This document shows positions 1 through 9,605 of a DNA stretch of 64,000 nt, one piece after another. A program made the translations under genes and the position numbers. The notes beneath the pieces were generated by a model. The model was not told where the DNA came from and ran no database searches. It saw only the letters and a program-made list of their open reading frames with translations. Origin of the DNA: Sedimentisphaerales bacterium (lineage in GTDB: Bacteria > Planctomycetota > Phycisphaerae > Sedimentisphaerales > SM23-30); assembly GCA_963663805.2 (NCBI GenBank), contig CAXXMR010000009.1, positions 288,001 through 352,000 of the forward strand. Direction: 5' to 3'. The first letter of the stretch is position 1. Every line of letters begins with the position of its first letter.

Positions 1-848
1 CGGGTAATTTCCTGCCGGATGGCGGCTGGATTGCCGAAGATGAAAATTACGAAATAGCCGCCGTCAGCTCCGAGCCGGACGAAAATGGTTACTATCCAAT
101 CTATATATTCCACAAAGGTTTCATGAACGCCTCGGTGATTTTGCTGCCGGAAAACACTAATCCGGCGGTTGCTCTGACAGCGGGTAATTTTACGACCGAC
201 ACAGATGACTTTGATGAAATAGCGGTCAAACTTAGCGGTACGTCGGAAATTATCTGTCTCAAACCCAGCGATACCGGCTGGAGCCAGACAATTACCGGGG
301 TCGCAGCTAATGTTGCCGGGATTGCCGCCGGCGAGTTCAATGGTCGGGCATCACAGGATGAAATCGCCGCGATTACCGATGTGACCGGCCCGGTGCTTAT
401 TTACAAAATTAATACTGTCGGCCCATATAAAACCTGTGCCGACTGTAACAAGCAGTGGCAGAGTTTAGCTGTGGGTAGTTTTGATGGGCAGGCAATCAAA
501 GATAACATTGTGCTGACCGAATCGCAAATCGACAACGGGATTTATACCCTGTACTTTTTCAATGATGTCAGCAACGTGCCGGTCCATCAATTGAGACTGC
601 CTTTCCTGAACGCAAATCCCCAGGCGATTGACGCGGGAAAACTCTACACCGACACGGAAACCGAAATGTATCTTAAAACCAAGGGGATAAGCAAGAGCCA
701 GTTGTATACCGATCATGCAAGCTGGGAAAATTCGCTGGCAATTATCACCTCCGGGCCGCGTGATTATTCAGCCGGAACCTATTGGATAGGAGTTAATCCG
801 CTCAATAGTACGCAAAGCTGCTATCGACTGGTGCCGATTATACGGTAA
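1..848 (+). CDS. 3' part of a probably secreted protein with FG-GAP-like repeats (5' end outside window)
   Basis: Frame is open from position 3 (GNFLPDGGW...) to TAA at 848. Repeated segments ALTAGNFTTDTDDFDEIAV, LAVGSFDG and IDAGKL. Confidence 0.5.
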   Translation, partial: GNFLPDGGWIAEDENYEIAAVSSEPDENGYYPIYIFHKGFMNASVILLPENTNPAVALTAGNFTTDTDDFDEIAVKLSGTSEIICLKPSDTGWSQTITGVAANVAGIAAGEFNGRASQDEIAAITDVTGPVLIYKINTVGPYKTCADCNKQWQSLAVGSFDGQAIKDNIVLTESQIDNGIYTLYFFNDVSNVPVHQLRLPFLNANPQAIDAGKLYTDTETEMYLKTKGISKSQLYTDHASWENSLAIITSGPRDYSAGTYWIGVNPLNSTQSCYRLVPIIR

Positions 849-996
849 ATAAATCCGCTGTCTTGGCTGATGGTGGGGGGGATGGTATAATGGCCGGCGG
901 CATTACCAGAGACCGGCAGGGCTGATGTGGGCGTTAGCATCTTTTTCGGCAGGTCAGGAATTATCAGAGGCCGGGAAATTCCCGCGGAATTGGTCG

Positions 997-1692
997 ATGG
1001 ATCGCATAGTTCAGCATAAAGCCAGTTCAACTTCTTATCTGTTGCGGCGGGAGCGGCTGCTGGTAGAAAAGGTCAAGTTGGGCGACCGGGCCGGGGCACG
1101 GGAGATTCTTAATCAGCTGCTGGGGGCGATTATGTTTGATAATCCCGGCGACCTGGCGGTGCTGAAAGTGCGGGTAATCGAGCTTTTGAGTGTGCTGTCG
1201 CGGGCCGCGGTGGAAGGCGGGGCTCAGGCAGATTTACTGCTGCGGCGGAATCAGGGCTATATTCGTACGGTGCTGGATTTCCAGAACGCTGAGGAGCTTT
1301 GCGCGTGGATTGCCGGGCCGCTGGAGGAATTTATTGAATACGTCTATTCAACCCGGACGCGGAACTCCGGCAGCCATGTCTGGCGGGTAATTCAATATAT
1401 GGAAACACATTACGCCGAGCCGCTGACGGTGGAGAATATCGGTAGGGCGGTTGCGTTGTCGCCTTCGCATATCACTCATCTGTTTCGGCAGGAGGTGGAA
1501 ACTTCGCCCAATGCCTATCTGAATAATCTGCGAATCGAGAAGGCAAAGGAAGTGTTACTCAATTCGCCGCAGGCAGTTAAGGAAATCGCTCAGGAATGCG
1601 GGTTCCGGTATATGCCGTATTTTACGCGTACGTTCAAGCGGATTACCGGCCTGACGCCGAGCCAGTTTCGCCGTCGACAAAAACAGGACTGA
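997..1692 (+). CDS. AraC-family transcriptional regulator (PocR-like central domain + HTH)
   Basis: C-terminal AraC HTH (LSPSHITHLF...IAQECGF..YFTRTFKRITGLTPSQFR). Central KVRVIELLSVLSRAAVEGGA helix resembles PocR-type regulators. ATG 997 preferred over GTG 925. Confidence 0.85.
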   Translation: MDRIVQHKASSTSYLLRRERLLVEKVKLGDRAGAREILNQLLGAIMFDNPGDLAVLKVRVIELLSVLSRAAVEGGAQADLLLRRNQGYIRTVLDFQNAEELCAWIAGPLEEFIEYVYSTRTRNSGSHVWRVIQYMETHYAEPLTVENIGRAVALSPSHITHLFRQEVETSPNAYLNNLRIEKAKEVLLNSPQAVKEIAQECGFRYMPYFTRTFKRITGLTPSQFRRRQKQD

Positions 1693-1697
1693 ATTTT

Positions 1698-2750
1698 CTA
1701 TTCGCCCCGGAACTCCCGAATCGCTTTATTCATGGCCAGGTAACCAGTTATGGGTACATAGCCGGGGATGGAATTGCCGGAACCATAGGCTACGCCGCCG
1801 TGGGTTGCGGTTTGCTCCAGGATATTGATGGTATATTTGCGGATTTCTTCGGGGGTGTTTTGGCAGAGAATATCCATATCGATGCCGCCGAAATTACCAA
1901 TGCGATCGCCATATTCCGTCACCCAGCGGGAGAACGGGGCGATGGCGTCTTCGTTGGAGTGTTTGGCATCGATTTTCGCTTCGGTGATGATGTTATCCAT
2001 GACATTGAAGATGTTGCCGCAACTGTGTAATAGAAAGGGTTTATGGGCGGCGTGGACAATTTCGATGATTTTTTTGTATTGCGGGATGATATGATTTTTG
2101 ATGTCTTCGGCACTGAGCAGTGATGAACTTTTGAAGCCCAAATCGTCGCCGAAGCGACAGACGGCGTAGATGTCGGCGTAGTTTTCGAGGAAGCGTTTCC
2201 AGATTCGGCTGTTTACTTCGCCGACGGTTTCGAAGAGTAGTTGGTATAACTCATTGTCGTCAATAGAGATAAGGCAGAGGCTTTCGTAGCCGACGACTTC
2301 CTGGACACATTCAAAAATTCCGTTGCCGACTCCTCCGACGGCTTTCATGCCTGGGGGGAGGACTTCGCGGAGCATATCGAAATGCACGTAAGCTGTTTTT
2401 TCATAAAGAGTTTCGATTTTGTCCCAGGGATATTTATCGAAGTCGGAGCGGTTTTGGATTTCGCCGGGTTTATGACCTCCGAGCGAGCCTCTGCCGGGCA
2501 TGACGTGGCCAATACAGTATTCCACGGGGACGCAGTCGTAGCCCATTTCCAGGCAGAAGGAGCAGATGGTTTCGTAATACTCTTTTATATCGGAACTTAC
2601 GTTACTTTCTCTGAGTTGGGAGAGGTTGCGGTTGTAATATTTGCTGAGGAATGGTTCGTCGATTCCGTGGTCGTAAAGGGGGATGCGGTCGGGTGAAATG
2701 TTGGTAGCAGATTGGGTTAGATTGTTGAAATTGGGGGTAAATCTAGTCAT
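1698..2750 (-). CDS. Uroporphyrinogen decarboxylase / MtaA-CmuA methyltransferase family protein
   Basis: FGDDLGFK, LLHSCGN, GNFGGIDMD and YGSGNSIPGY motifs. Confidence 0.85.
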   Translation of the reverse strand: MTRFTPNFNNLTQSATNISPDRIPLYDHGIDEPFLSKYYNRNLSQLRESNVSSDIKEYYETICSFCLEMGYDCVPVEYCIGHVMPGRGSLGGHKPGEIQNRSDFDKYPWDKIETLYEKTAYVHFDMLREVLPPGMKAVGGVGNGIFECVQEVVGYESLCLISIDDNELYQLLFETVGEVNSRIWKRFLENYADIYAVCRFGDDLGFKSSSLLSAEDIKNHIIPQYKKIIEIVHAAHKPFLLHSCGNIFNVMDNIITEAKIDAKHSNEDAIAPFSRWVTEYGDRIGNFGGIDMDILCQNTPEEIRKYTINILEQTATHGGVAYGSGNSIPGYVPITGYLAMNKAIREFRGE

Positions 2751-2905
2751 TTTAGTTCCTTTTTTACCGGTTTTTGGCTCTTTTTACTCATTTTAACGCA
2801 AAAAAATTAAAAATCTTCCGTTTTTGAACCAAAAGAACTATACTATATTACCTTTTTTGGACGAAATATTGTAAGAAAGTACCATATAGTATAGTTGCTA
2901 CAGAT

Positions 2906-3796
2906 ATGCAGATAAAATTTGAACAAGTTCCGATTCAGCGTGTTTCTTCCTTTTACGGCTATGTGAACGAGAAGAATTCCTATGATTTTGATATGCATTT
3001 TCACCCGGAATGCGAGCTGATTTATTTTGCGCGGGGCTATGGCAAAGCATATACGCTTAGTTCGGTAGTGAATTATTTTGGCGGCGACTGGTTTCTTTTC
3101 GCTGGTGATGTGCCGCATACTTTTGTTTCCCTGACGAAAGATAATCGGGCGGTGGTGGTTCAGTTTCGGGCGGATATGCTGGGGGAGGTTTTCTGGCAAA
3201 ACCGGGATATGGCAGAGGCAGGGCAGATGCTGGCGCGGTCTTCGGTGGGGCTGCATTTTCAGGGGGCGGATATTGAGGGGGGCGATAAGAAGCTGAATAG
3301 TGATATATTGAAAGTTGTCAAGCTGGAGGGGGCGGAGCGGCTGGTGGTTTTGCTGGATATTTTGCGGCGGTTGGCGGGGGTGAAATGTGGCGAGGTTATG
3401 TCGGCGGATATTACGGTTAAGTCGGCTTCTAAATGTGATATGCTGATGGCGGCGTTGAATTATATTCATCGTCATTTGGCTGGGGAGATTTCTCTGGATG
3501 GTGTGGCGGAGTCGGTGGGGATGAGTAAATCGGGTTTGATGAAGATGTTCAAGCGGCGGACGGGCAGGACGGTTAATGATTATGTTGTCGAGCGGCGGAT
3601 TTATATGGCTTGCGAAAAGCTGATATTGACCAAGGAGCGGATACTGGATATTTCTTTGGATTGCGGATTTGCGAATTTCGCGAATTTTCTGCGGCATTTC
3701 AAGCGGCTGAAGAAGGTTACGCCGGGCGAGCTTCGGCGCGCGTTTGCGAAGCTTCGAGATGAGGAGCGAAATAATTTTAACGGCGACGGCGACTAA
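2906..3796 (+). CDS. AraC-family regulator with N-terminal cupin domain
   Basis: HFHPECEL cupin motif; HTH ISLDCGFANFANFLRHFKRLKKVTP. Confidence 0.9.
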   Translation: MQIKFEQVPIQRVSSFYGYVNEKNSYDFDMHFHPECELIYFARGYGKAYTLSSVVNYFGGDWFLFAGDVPHTFVSLTKDNRAVVVQFRADMLGEVFWQNRDMAEAGQMLARSSVGLHFQGADIEGGDKKLNSDILKVVKLEGAERLVVLLDILRRLAGVKCGEVMSADITVKSASKCDMLMAALNYIHRHLAGEISLDGVAESVGMSKSGLMKMFKRRTGRTVNDYVVERRIYMACEKLILTKERILDISLDCGFANFANFLRHFKRLKKVTPGELRRAFAKLRDEERNNFNGDGD

Positions 3797-3823
3797 TATA
3801 ATCCTGTTCAAAAATATTAGTCG

Positions 3824-3918
3824 TTAAAAATCCGCATAATCCGCGGCTGAATATTTTCGTTTTTGTTGTTTGTGTTATTTCAGATTTAGTGCTTAGAATT
3901 TCCAGTTTATCTGGGTTA
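3824..3918 (+). repeat. Dispersed ~100-bp intergenic repeat, copy 1
   Basis: TTAAAAATCCGC..TAATCCGCGGCT.AATATT.TCGTT...AATTTCCAGTT.ATCTGGGTTA matches the reverse complement of 35493-35598. Confidence 0.75.
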
Positions 3919-3922
3919 GGAT

Positions 3923-4159
3923 CTAATTACTAACGCGACCGCGACGACCAGTCTGGGCATCAAGCTCACCCTGCAACCCAACAATCTGTTGAGCCAGAGT
4001 TTCCAGCTCGGCGGCCACCTCACCCGCACAATCGTCACAAGCCTTACAATCCGACCATTCCCGCAAAAGCAACTCAAAAACCGGACTGCTAAGCTCCATC
4101 TCCATACGCCTGCTCCGACTCCGAGAAGGGTTCTCTCCCGATACAACCTGGTACTTCAT
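3923..4159 (-). CDS. Small hypothetical protein with CxxCxxC motif and coiled-coil tail
   Basis: ORF MKYQVVSG...CKACDDC...LETLAQQIVGLQGELDAQ, preceded by a purine-rich GAGAGAG. Confidence 0.45.
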   Translation of the reverse strand: MKYQVVSGENPSRSRSRRMEMELSSPVFELLLREWSDCKACDDCAGEVAAELETLAQQIVGLQGELDAQTGRRGRVSN

Positions 4160-4345
4160 AAAATGTCTCTCTCTCAAAAACTCAAGAACATCTCTCCTGC
4201 GACAATGTTATCGGAACTGCCTCTTTCGGTCAAGAAAAAAACAAAGCCTTTTTATCAGTACTGCTAACCGCCCTAAACCTATAATTTGCATTATCCAACG
4301 CCAAATACTATAATATAGTCAACCAGTTGAGAGAGAGAAAAACCT

Positions 4346-5020
4346 ATGAACGCCAAATATATGATAATTGCCGCTGTGGCACTGGCCGCCATTGCCGCAA
4401 ACTACGTCCAGGCACAGGTTTACGGAAATACCATTTCCAGAGGCCCCTCAGTCCCCAGTATCAGCGTGGGCGGAGGAGCATCCAGCTCATTCCGGGCCTA
4501 TTCTGCCGGAATATCCGAACAAAGCTACGCCCGAACTTCGGCAAACCCCCTGTCAGCCTCAGGCAGCCGTCCTTCAGGCAGCGGACTGTCCTCACTGGCC
4601 GGCAAGGCCCGAATTAATGCCCGCCAAAATGCCCTGATAAACACCGGCAGAATTTCCAGTCGGGCTGGCATTAATATGTCTTCAGAATACGGCACCCCCA
4701 ATTCCTTAAGGAAAATCTCCCAGGATTATTCTGTCAGCAAATTACCACCCTTGCTTTCCGGAACCTCCAGTGATTTTACTGTAAATCCAGAATCACTCGG
4801 CGAAGTGGAAAAAACATACTATTCCAGCTCTCTGGCACGTGGCCAGGGACTCACCGACTCCGGCGCCCTGCTCAGCGCCCAAAAATCATCGGAATTCGAC
4901 AGTATCCTGAATACCAGACGCGGATTTTCCAACACCACCAGCCTGCTAACCCGCAGTAGACTAACATCCGGCCAAAAAAATTATTACAAATCCGCCCTGC
5001 CCAACACACGCCCCTGGTAA
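4346..5020 (+). CDS. Secreted Ser-rich hypothetical protein
   Basis: Signal peptide MNAKYMIIAAVALAAIAANYVQA; low-complexity Ser/Gly body. Confidence 0.7.
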   Translation: MNAKYMIIAAVALAAIAANYVQAQVYGNTISRGPSVPSISVGGGASSSFRAYSAGISEQSYARTSANPLSASGSRPSGSGLSSLAGKARINARQNALINTGRISSRAGINMSSEYGTPNSLRKISQDYSVSKLPPLLSGTSSDFTVNPESLGEVEKTYYSSSLARGQGLTDSGALLSAQKSSEFDSILNTRRGFSNTTSLLTRSRLTSGQKNYYKSALPNTRPW

Positions 5021-5035
5021 TTTCAAAACACTCCC

Positions 5036-5067
5036 AACAGAAGCCGAGCCGCGTAAGCGGCCGGATA
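5036..5067 (+). repeat. REP-like palindromic repeat, copy 1
   Basis: AACAGAAGCCGAGCCGCGTAAGCGGCCGGATA; reverse-complement relatives at 20150-20181, 26048-26075 and 26084-26114. Confidence 0.75.
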
Positions 5068-5126
5068 ATAAAACACCCCCGCCCAAGGCAGGCACCACGC
5101 CGTTCACTTCTGCCTCTTGCCTGCCG

Positions 5127-5837
5127 TTAAACCTCCTCAAGCAGCATTTCCGGCTCAACACCAATAGAAGCAACCGCCACCTCACCGGTATATTCCTCTG
5201 CGCCGTCCACCAGAAAACCCTTTTTCATCGCAGCGAAGGTAACCGTCAAATCCGCCCGAACCGCTGCCCCCAAAGTCTCTCCGCTATCGCAATCCAGACC
5301 CGAAGGAATATCCAAAGCCAATACCTGCACACCCTCTTCTCGTTCATTCACCATCTCGATAGCCGTACGGAAAGGCTCACGAGCAGCCCCCGAAGTGCCC
5401 GTCCCCAGCATCGCGTCAACTATCAATCCCGCTCCAGTCAGGCGCTCAGCCAGAATCTTTCCCGCCCCATCATCAGAACCAGCCGCATAAGTAACCTCAA
5501 AACCCATATTTTCCAGAACAACAAGGTTACTCAGAGCGTCACCGCCGATTTTCTCCCGCGGCCCCAGCACCAGCACATCAACATCGACATTCTCATTAAG
5601 AAGCTGACGGGCCACCACAAAACCATCCCCGCCGTTATTACCCGTACCGCAGAGGATAACCACCCGACCAGCCAAATCATCATCCAGCATCGAAAAAGCG
5701 AACCAGCTGGCACGAACCCCCGCGTTCTCCATCAGCACCAGCCCCGAAATACCCAATCGCTCAATCGCGATTCTATCACAAGACCGCACCTGCTCACGCG
5801 TCAAAACTATGCCTTCATATTTTTTCATAAAGCCCAT
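5127..5837 (-). CDS. nnrE: NAD(P)H-hydrate epimerase (stand-alone YjeF N-terminal domain)
   Basis: LMENAG, CGTGNNGGDG, DAMLGTG, ALDIPSG and TVTF motifs. Confidence 0.92.
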   Translation of the reverse strand: MGFMKKYEGIVLTREQVRSCDRIAIERLGISGLVLMENAGVRASWFAFSMLDDDLAGRVVILCGTGNNGGDGFVVARQLLNENVDVDVLVLGPREKIGGDALSNLVVLENMGFEVTYAAGSDDGAGKILAERLTGAGLIVDAMLGTGTSGAAREPFRTAIEMVNEREEGVQVLALDIPSGLDCDSGETLGAAVRADLTVTFAAMKKGFLVDGAEEYTGEVAVASIGVEPEMLLEEV

Positions 5838-5919
5838 TCTAACTTCCCCGCCCAACCGGTCAAGAAAACTCACCAAAATAAAATCTGGCCTATCCCGTCC
5901 ATCAAGCTATAATACCCTC

Positions 5920-6471
5920 ATGGCAACCGAAATTGAAGCCAAGTTCAAAATAGACAACCTCGACACTTTTGCTAAGCGTCTCCGGGAACTCGGTGCCCAG
6001 CCGCGACCAACGGTTTTGCAGCGGGACACCTTCCTTGATCGCCCCGACGGTTTCCTGCTCAACAAAGATGCCGGCCTGCGCATTCGCCAAACCGACAACC
6101 AGACCATCCTCTGCACCAAAGGCCCCCGTCAGCCCGGCCCCTACAAAAAACGAACCGAAATAGAACTACCCGCCCCCTCATTCGACCAGGCCCTGGAAAT
6201 GTTCCAAATCCTCGGCTACTCACCCTGCCTCTGCCTCGAAAAAAAACGAACCGAATACACACTCAACGATTGCCTCATATGCCTCGACCAGGTAGCCCTG
6301 CTCGGCAGCTTCATAGAAATCGAAGGGCCCGACGAACCCGCCATCAAAGCCATCATCGACCGGCTCAGCCTCACCAGCATCCCGACCATAACCGACTCCT
6401 ACGCCGCCATGGTCGCCCAATATCTAAAGGGTAAAACCCCGCCCTTAGAAGCTCTCTTCCCCAAATCCTGA
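5920..6471 (+). CDS. cyaB: CYTH-domain protein / class IV adenylate cyclase
   Basis: N-terminal EIEAK (ExExK), LRIR, KGP, EKKR and FIEIEG motifs. ATG 5920 taken as start. Confidence 0.85.
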   Translation: MATEIEAKFKIDNLDTFAKRLRELGAQPRPTVLQRDTFLDRPDGFLLNKDAGLRIRQTDNQTILCTKGPRQPGPYKKRTEIELPAPSFDQALEMFQILGYSPCLCLEKKRTEYTLNDCLICLDQVALLGSFIEIEGPDEPAIKAIIDRLSLTSIPTITDSYAAMVAQYLKGKTPPLEALFPKS

Positions 6472-6511
6472 ATAGCGCCATTTCTACCCAACTTTAGAAA
6501 TTTAACTGGAG

Positions 6512-6696
6512 TTTTGCAAAATGACAATTTGGCATACTTTTGATCAGAAAAAAGACGCTACGCTGTTTTTTCTGGTTTTACGCTTTTTTTCGTAAGTTTT
6601 ACGTTTGAGAATTTAATGCAATTTGATTTACTTTTAGATTCGAGATAAAAATCAAATTGCATTAAATCAGGTATGCCAAACTGTCATTTTGCAAAA
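6512..6696. mobile_element. MITE-like nested inverted-repeat element
   Basis: Outer 26-bp IR at 6512-6537 / 6671-6696 with 1 mismatch; inner perfect 19-bp IR at 6611-6629 / 6649-6667; AT-rich. Confidence 0.6.
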
Positions 6697-7417
6697 GTTT
6701 AGATTTAATTTGATGGTTTTTATTTCGTAGGGGCGGAATGTTATTTTGTTGAGGTCGATGGGGGTTGGTTGTTTTTGTTCGTCCATTGAGGTTTCGTGGG
6801 CGGTGATGTTTTTGTTGTTGAGGGTCAGGGTTGTCTGGGTCGGTTGGCCAATTGTTTCGTAGAGACGGATGATGACGGCCTGGTCGTTCTGGGCGGGTTT
6901 CAGGGCGGAAAGGACTATGTTGGGCTGGTCGACGGTGAGGTTCAGCCGGTTGAAGTTGGCGGTTTTTTGGGCGCGGCTTATGATGGGCTGGTTGACGAAG
7001 GCGCGAGCGGTGCGGAGCCAGGTTTTATCATGGGGGATATGGGGGACAATCGCGAACTCGAAATGATGGGGTCCGTTATCAAAGCTGAGCGGTTCGGGCG
7101 GTGCGGGGAACAGGGGGCGTTCATGGGCAATAGCACTGCGGAGCAATGAAAATGAGATGCTGCCGTTCTGAGCGAGGCAGCCGGGGGTGCCGGTATGAAC
7201 GATGGTGCATGCGAAGTCTTCGTCGGCGTAATCGCACCATGAAAGCGCGGGCCAGTTGCCCCGGCCGAATTTGTAAGTATCTTCATCGTAGGGTTGTCGG
7301 ATTATGGAGCCGAAGGGGATTTCGTAGCGGCATTGAGCTTGTTTTGGGTTTAGGTTGAGCGGGAAGATTAATGATAGTTCGGTGGCCTGTCCCTGGTAGT
7401 CGTGGTCGAGGTCGAGG
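6667..7417 (-). pseudogene. C-terminal fragment of GH38 alpha-mannosidase
   Basis: YEIPFG, WPALSWCD, SLLRS, LSALKPA, IIRLYE and FRPYEIKT motifs. The catalytic N-terminal domains are missing. Confidence 0.8.
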
Positions 7418-7944
7418 TGGGGTGGATAGCCGACCAGATGCCCGGCCTTATCGAGAACGGCAGTATCTACACTCACGGTGAGGCGTTTTATCTTTATGCT
7501 TTAGCGGTTGCGGGGCAGGTGGACAAATGTTTTGATGAGCTGACGCGGGTGCTGCCCTCAAATCTTGTTCAGGAGATTTCGACCGCGCCGCGTCAGCAGC
7601 AGTCTAATTTCACGGTCGGGCCGGACCATCAGGATTTTGGTCAGCAGTATTTCAGTAATTTTACCGGTTCGGTTCCCTGGTTTCGCAGGGTAATTGAGCA
7701 TCTTCTGGGCCTCTATCCTGATTTTGACACGCTGGTCGTTAAGCCCAGCGTGCCCGCGGTTTGGCAGGATTATGAAATTTGCAAAAAGTGGCGTAATCAT
7801 AAAATCCGATTTGTTTATCAAAACAACCCTGATAAACAGCCAGCCCTGACCATGAACGGTAGAACATATCAGGAACGGATTCCGCTCAGTGAATTGCTGC
7901 CGGGCCGGGTCAACGAGATTCGCTTTACAGAAAAAAACTGCTGA
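7411..7944 (+). pseudogene. C-terminal fragment of GH94-type glycoside phosphorylase
   Basis: PGLIENGSIYTHG, FTGSVPW, LLGLYPD and KPSVPAVW motifs. Only the last ~175 aa are present, with no credible start. Confidence 0.78.
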
Positions 7945-7978
7945 AACCCCGTTTTTTTTGCGAAAAACGCGAATATAT

Positions 7979-9427
7979 CAATCCTGTTCGGCACATTTAT
8001 TGCTTTAGGCTTTTGGCCTCCTGTATTTTTTTTAAAAAAAACCCGAAATGTTAAGATAGGTAATTTGCGCTCGAGGGATATTTATGCTCTAATAGGAGGC
8101 ATGAGTGCTAAGCGTCAGAAAATCAAGGAGCGGGACCTGCGTGGGTTCAAGTATTTCAAGTCCCTCTCGGCTCTGCTGAAAGGTCTTCACTCGGCGGGAT
8201 GTGAGCGGGACCGGGCCGGCAATCGCACATTATTCATGGACCAGTATGTCAGTCTGCTGCTGTTATACATGTTCAATCCGATCTGCAGTTCCATCCGGTC
8301 TTTGCAGCAGGCCGGCGAGCTCAAAAAGGTACAGCGGCTGTTGGGTTGTTCGCGTGCTTCGCTGGGTTCGCTTTCGGAAGCATCCCGGGTTTTTGAGAGT
8401 TCTTTGTTAGAGCCGATAATCGCTCAACTCACTGAGCAGTTAGGGCCGATATCTCAGGACAAAAAACTGGAAGTCGGTCAGGTCATTACCCTGGTGGACG
8501 GCAGCAGTATTCAGGCTTTGCAAAAACTCACTCAGGCTGCCTGGGACACCGACAAACCCGGAATTAAAGCACACACTCAGTTTGATCTGGAAAAATATGT
8601 GCCTCTGAAAATAAATATCAGTGAAGACAAGTCTGATGAGCGAAAGGTTTTTTTAGAGAATCTTCAGCCCGGCCGGATTTATGTCAATGATCGCGGATAT
8701 GCCTGTTTTAAGCTGTTTCAGGCCATTGTGGATAGTAAAAGCTCTTTTGTCTGTCGGCTGCGTGAGGATACGGTTTACGAAACTATTCAGGAAAAACCTT
8801 TAACTGAAGATGCTCGAAAAGCGGGGATAATTTTTGATCGTACGGTAATCGCCGGCAGCAGTGAAAAACTGCGGGAAGATTTCAAACAACCGTTACGCCT
8901 GATAGCGGTTGAATGTCAACCGCATTTGAAACGGGGCCAGGGACCACGTCAGAGTGAGATGATTTTGATTGCCACCGACCGGCTGGACCTGGACGCCGAA
9001 GTCATTGCCCTGCTCTATCAGAAACGCTGGGCCATCGAAATATTTTTCCGCTTTTTTAAGCATGTGCTGGGCTGCCGACATCTGCTAAGCCTCTGCGAAA
9101 ACGGTATCGAACTGCAGATGTACGCCGCGATTATCGCCTGTATGCTGATCAGCCTGTGGACGGGCAAAAAACCAACTTTAAGAACCTACGAAATGCTCTG
9201 CTGGCACCTCTGCGGCATGGCCGACGAGCAAGAAATGCAGAACCATATCAATAAACTCCAAAGCCAAAACTAAGGCCGATCCTCAAAAAAATCGCCGCTG
9301 CCGCTGATGCTGCGCCAAAATAACCAGTGCCGACAGTCCCACTGAGGGATAATCCCCGCTAAATCATATGAACTGCAAAGACCACAGAAAAACTGTATTT
9401 GAGCAATAAATGTGCCGAACAGGATTG
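7979..9427 (+). mobile_element. Complete IS4-family insertion sequence (1449 bp)
   Basis: Perfect 26-bp terminal IRs CAATCCTGTTCGGCACATTTATTGCT (7979-8004 / 9402-9427); 9-bp target duplication CGAATATAT (7970-7978 / 9428-9436). Confidence 0.97.
8101..9273 (+). CDS. IS4-family DDE transposase
   Basis: LVDGS, NDRGY and YQKRWAIEIFFRFFK (YREK) motifs; AGGAGG RBS before ATG 8101. Confidence 0.95.
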   Translation: MSAKRQKIKERDLRGFKYFKSLSALLKGLHSAGCERDRAGNRTLFMDQYVSLLLLYMFNPICSSIRSLQQAGELKKVQRLLGCSRASLGSLSEASRVFESSLLEPIIAQLTEQLGPISQDKKLEVGQVITLVDGSSIQALQKLTQAAWDTDKPGIKAHTQFDLEKYVPLKINISEDKSDERKVFLENLQPGRIYVNDRGYACFKLFQAIVDSKSSFVCRLREDTVYETIQEKPLTEDARKAGIIFDRTVIAGSSEKLREDFKQPLRLIAVECQPHLKRGQGPRQSEMILIATDRLDLDAEVIALLYQKRWAIEIFFRFFKHVLGCRHLLSLCENGIELQMYAAIIACMLISLWTGKKPTLRTYEMLCWHLCGMADEQEMQNHINKLQSQN

Positions 9428-9605
9428 CGAATATATTCAAATTTTTTCAAAAAAAATCCACTTTTTGATGATAATCAGGCAAGTTCTCGCTGAAAAAGGC
9501 GAGGAAAAACGGTAATTTTTGGGAAAAAGCTGCGACTACTCTTTTAAGGTGGCTGAGAAATCAGCTGAAAACTGGAAATGCCGGACTTTTTAAGGAGTAA
9601 TCGAA

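Noticed and set aside
3800..3809. AATCCTGTTC match to the IS4 terminal IR
   Set aside because: Only 10 bp and lacks the terminal C; likely chance.
2843..3811. 322-aa minus-strand ORF
   Set aside because: Antisense shadow of the AraC gene, with no recognisable motifs.
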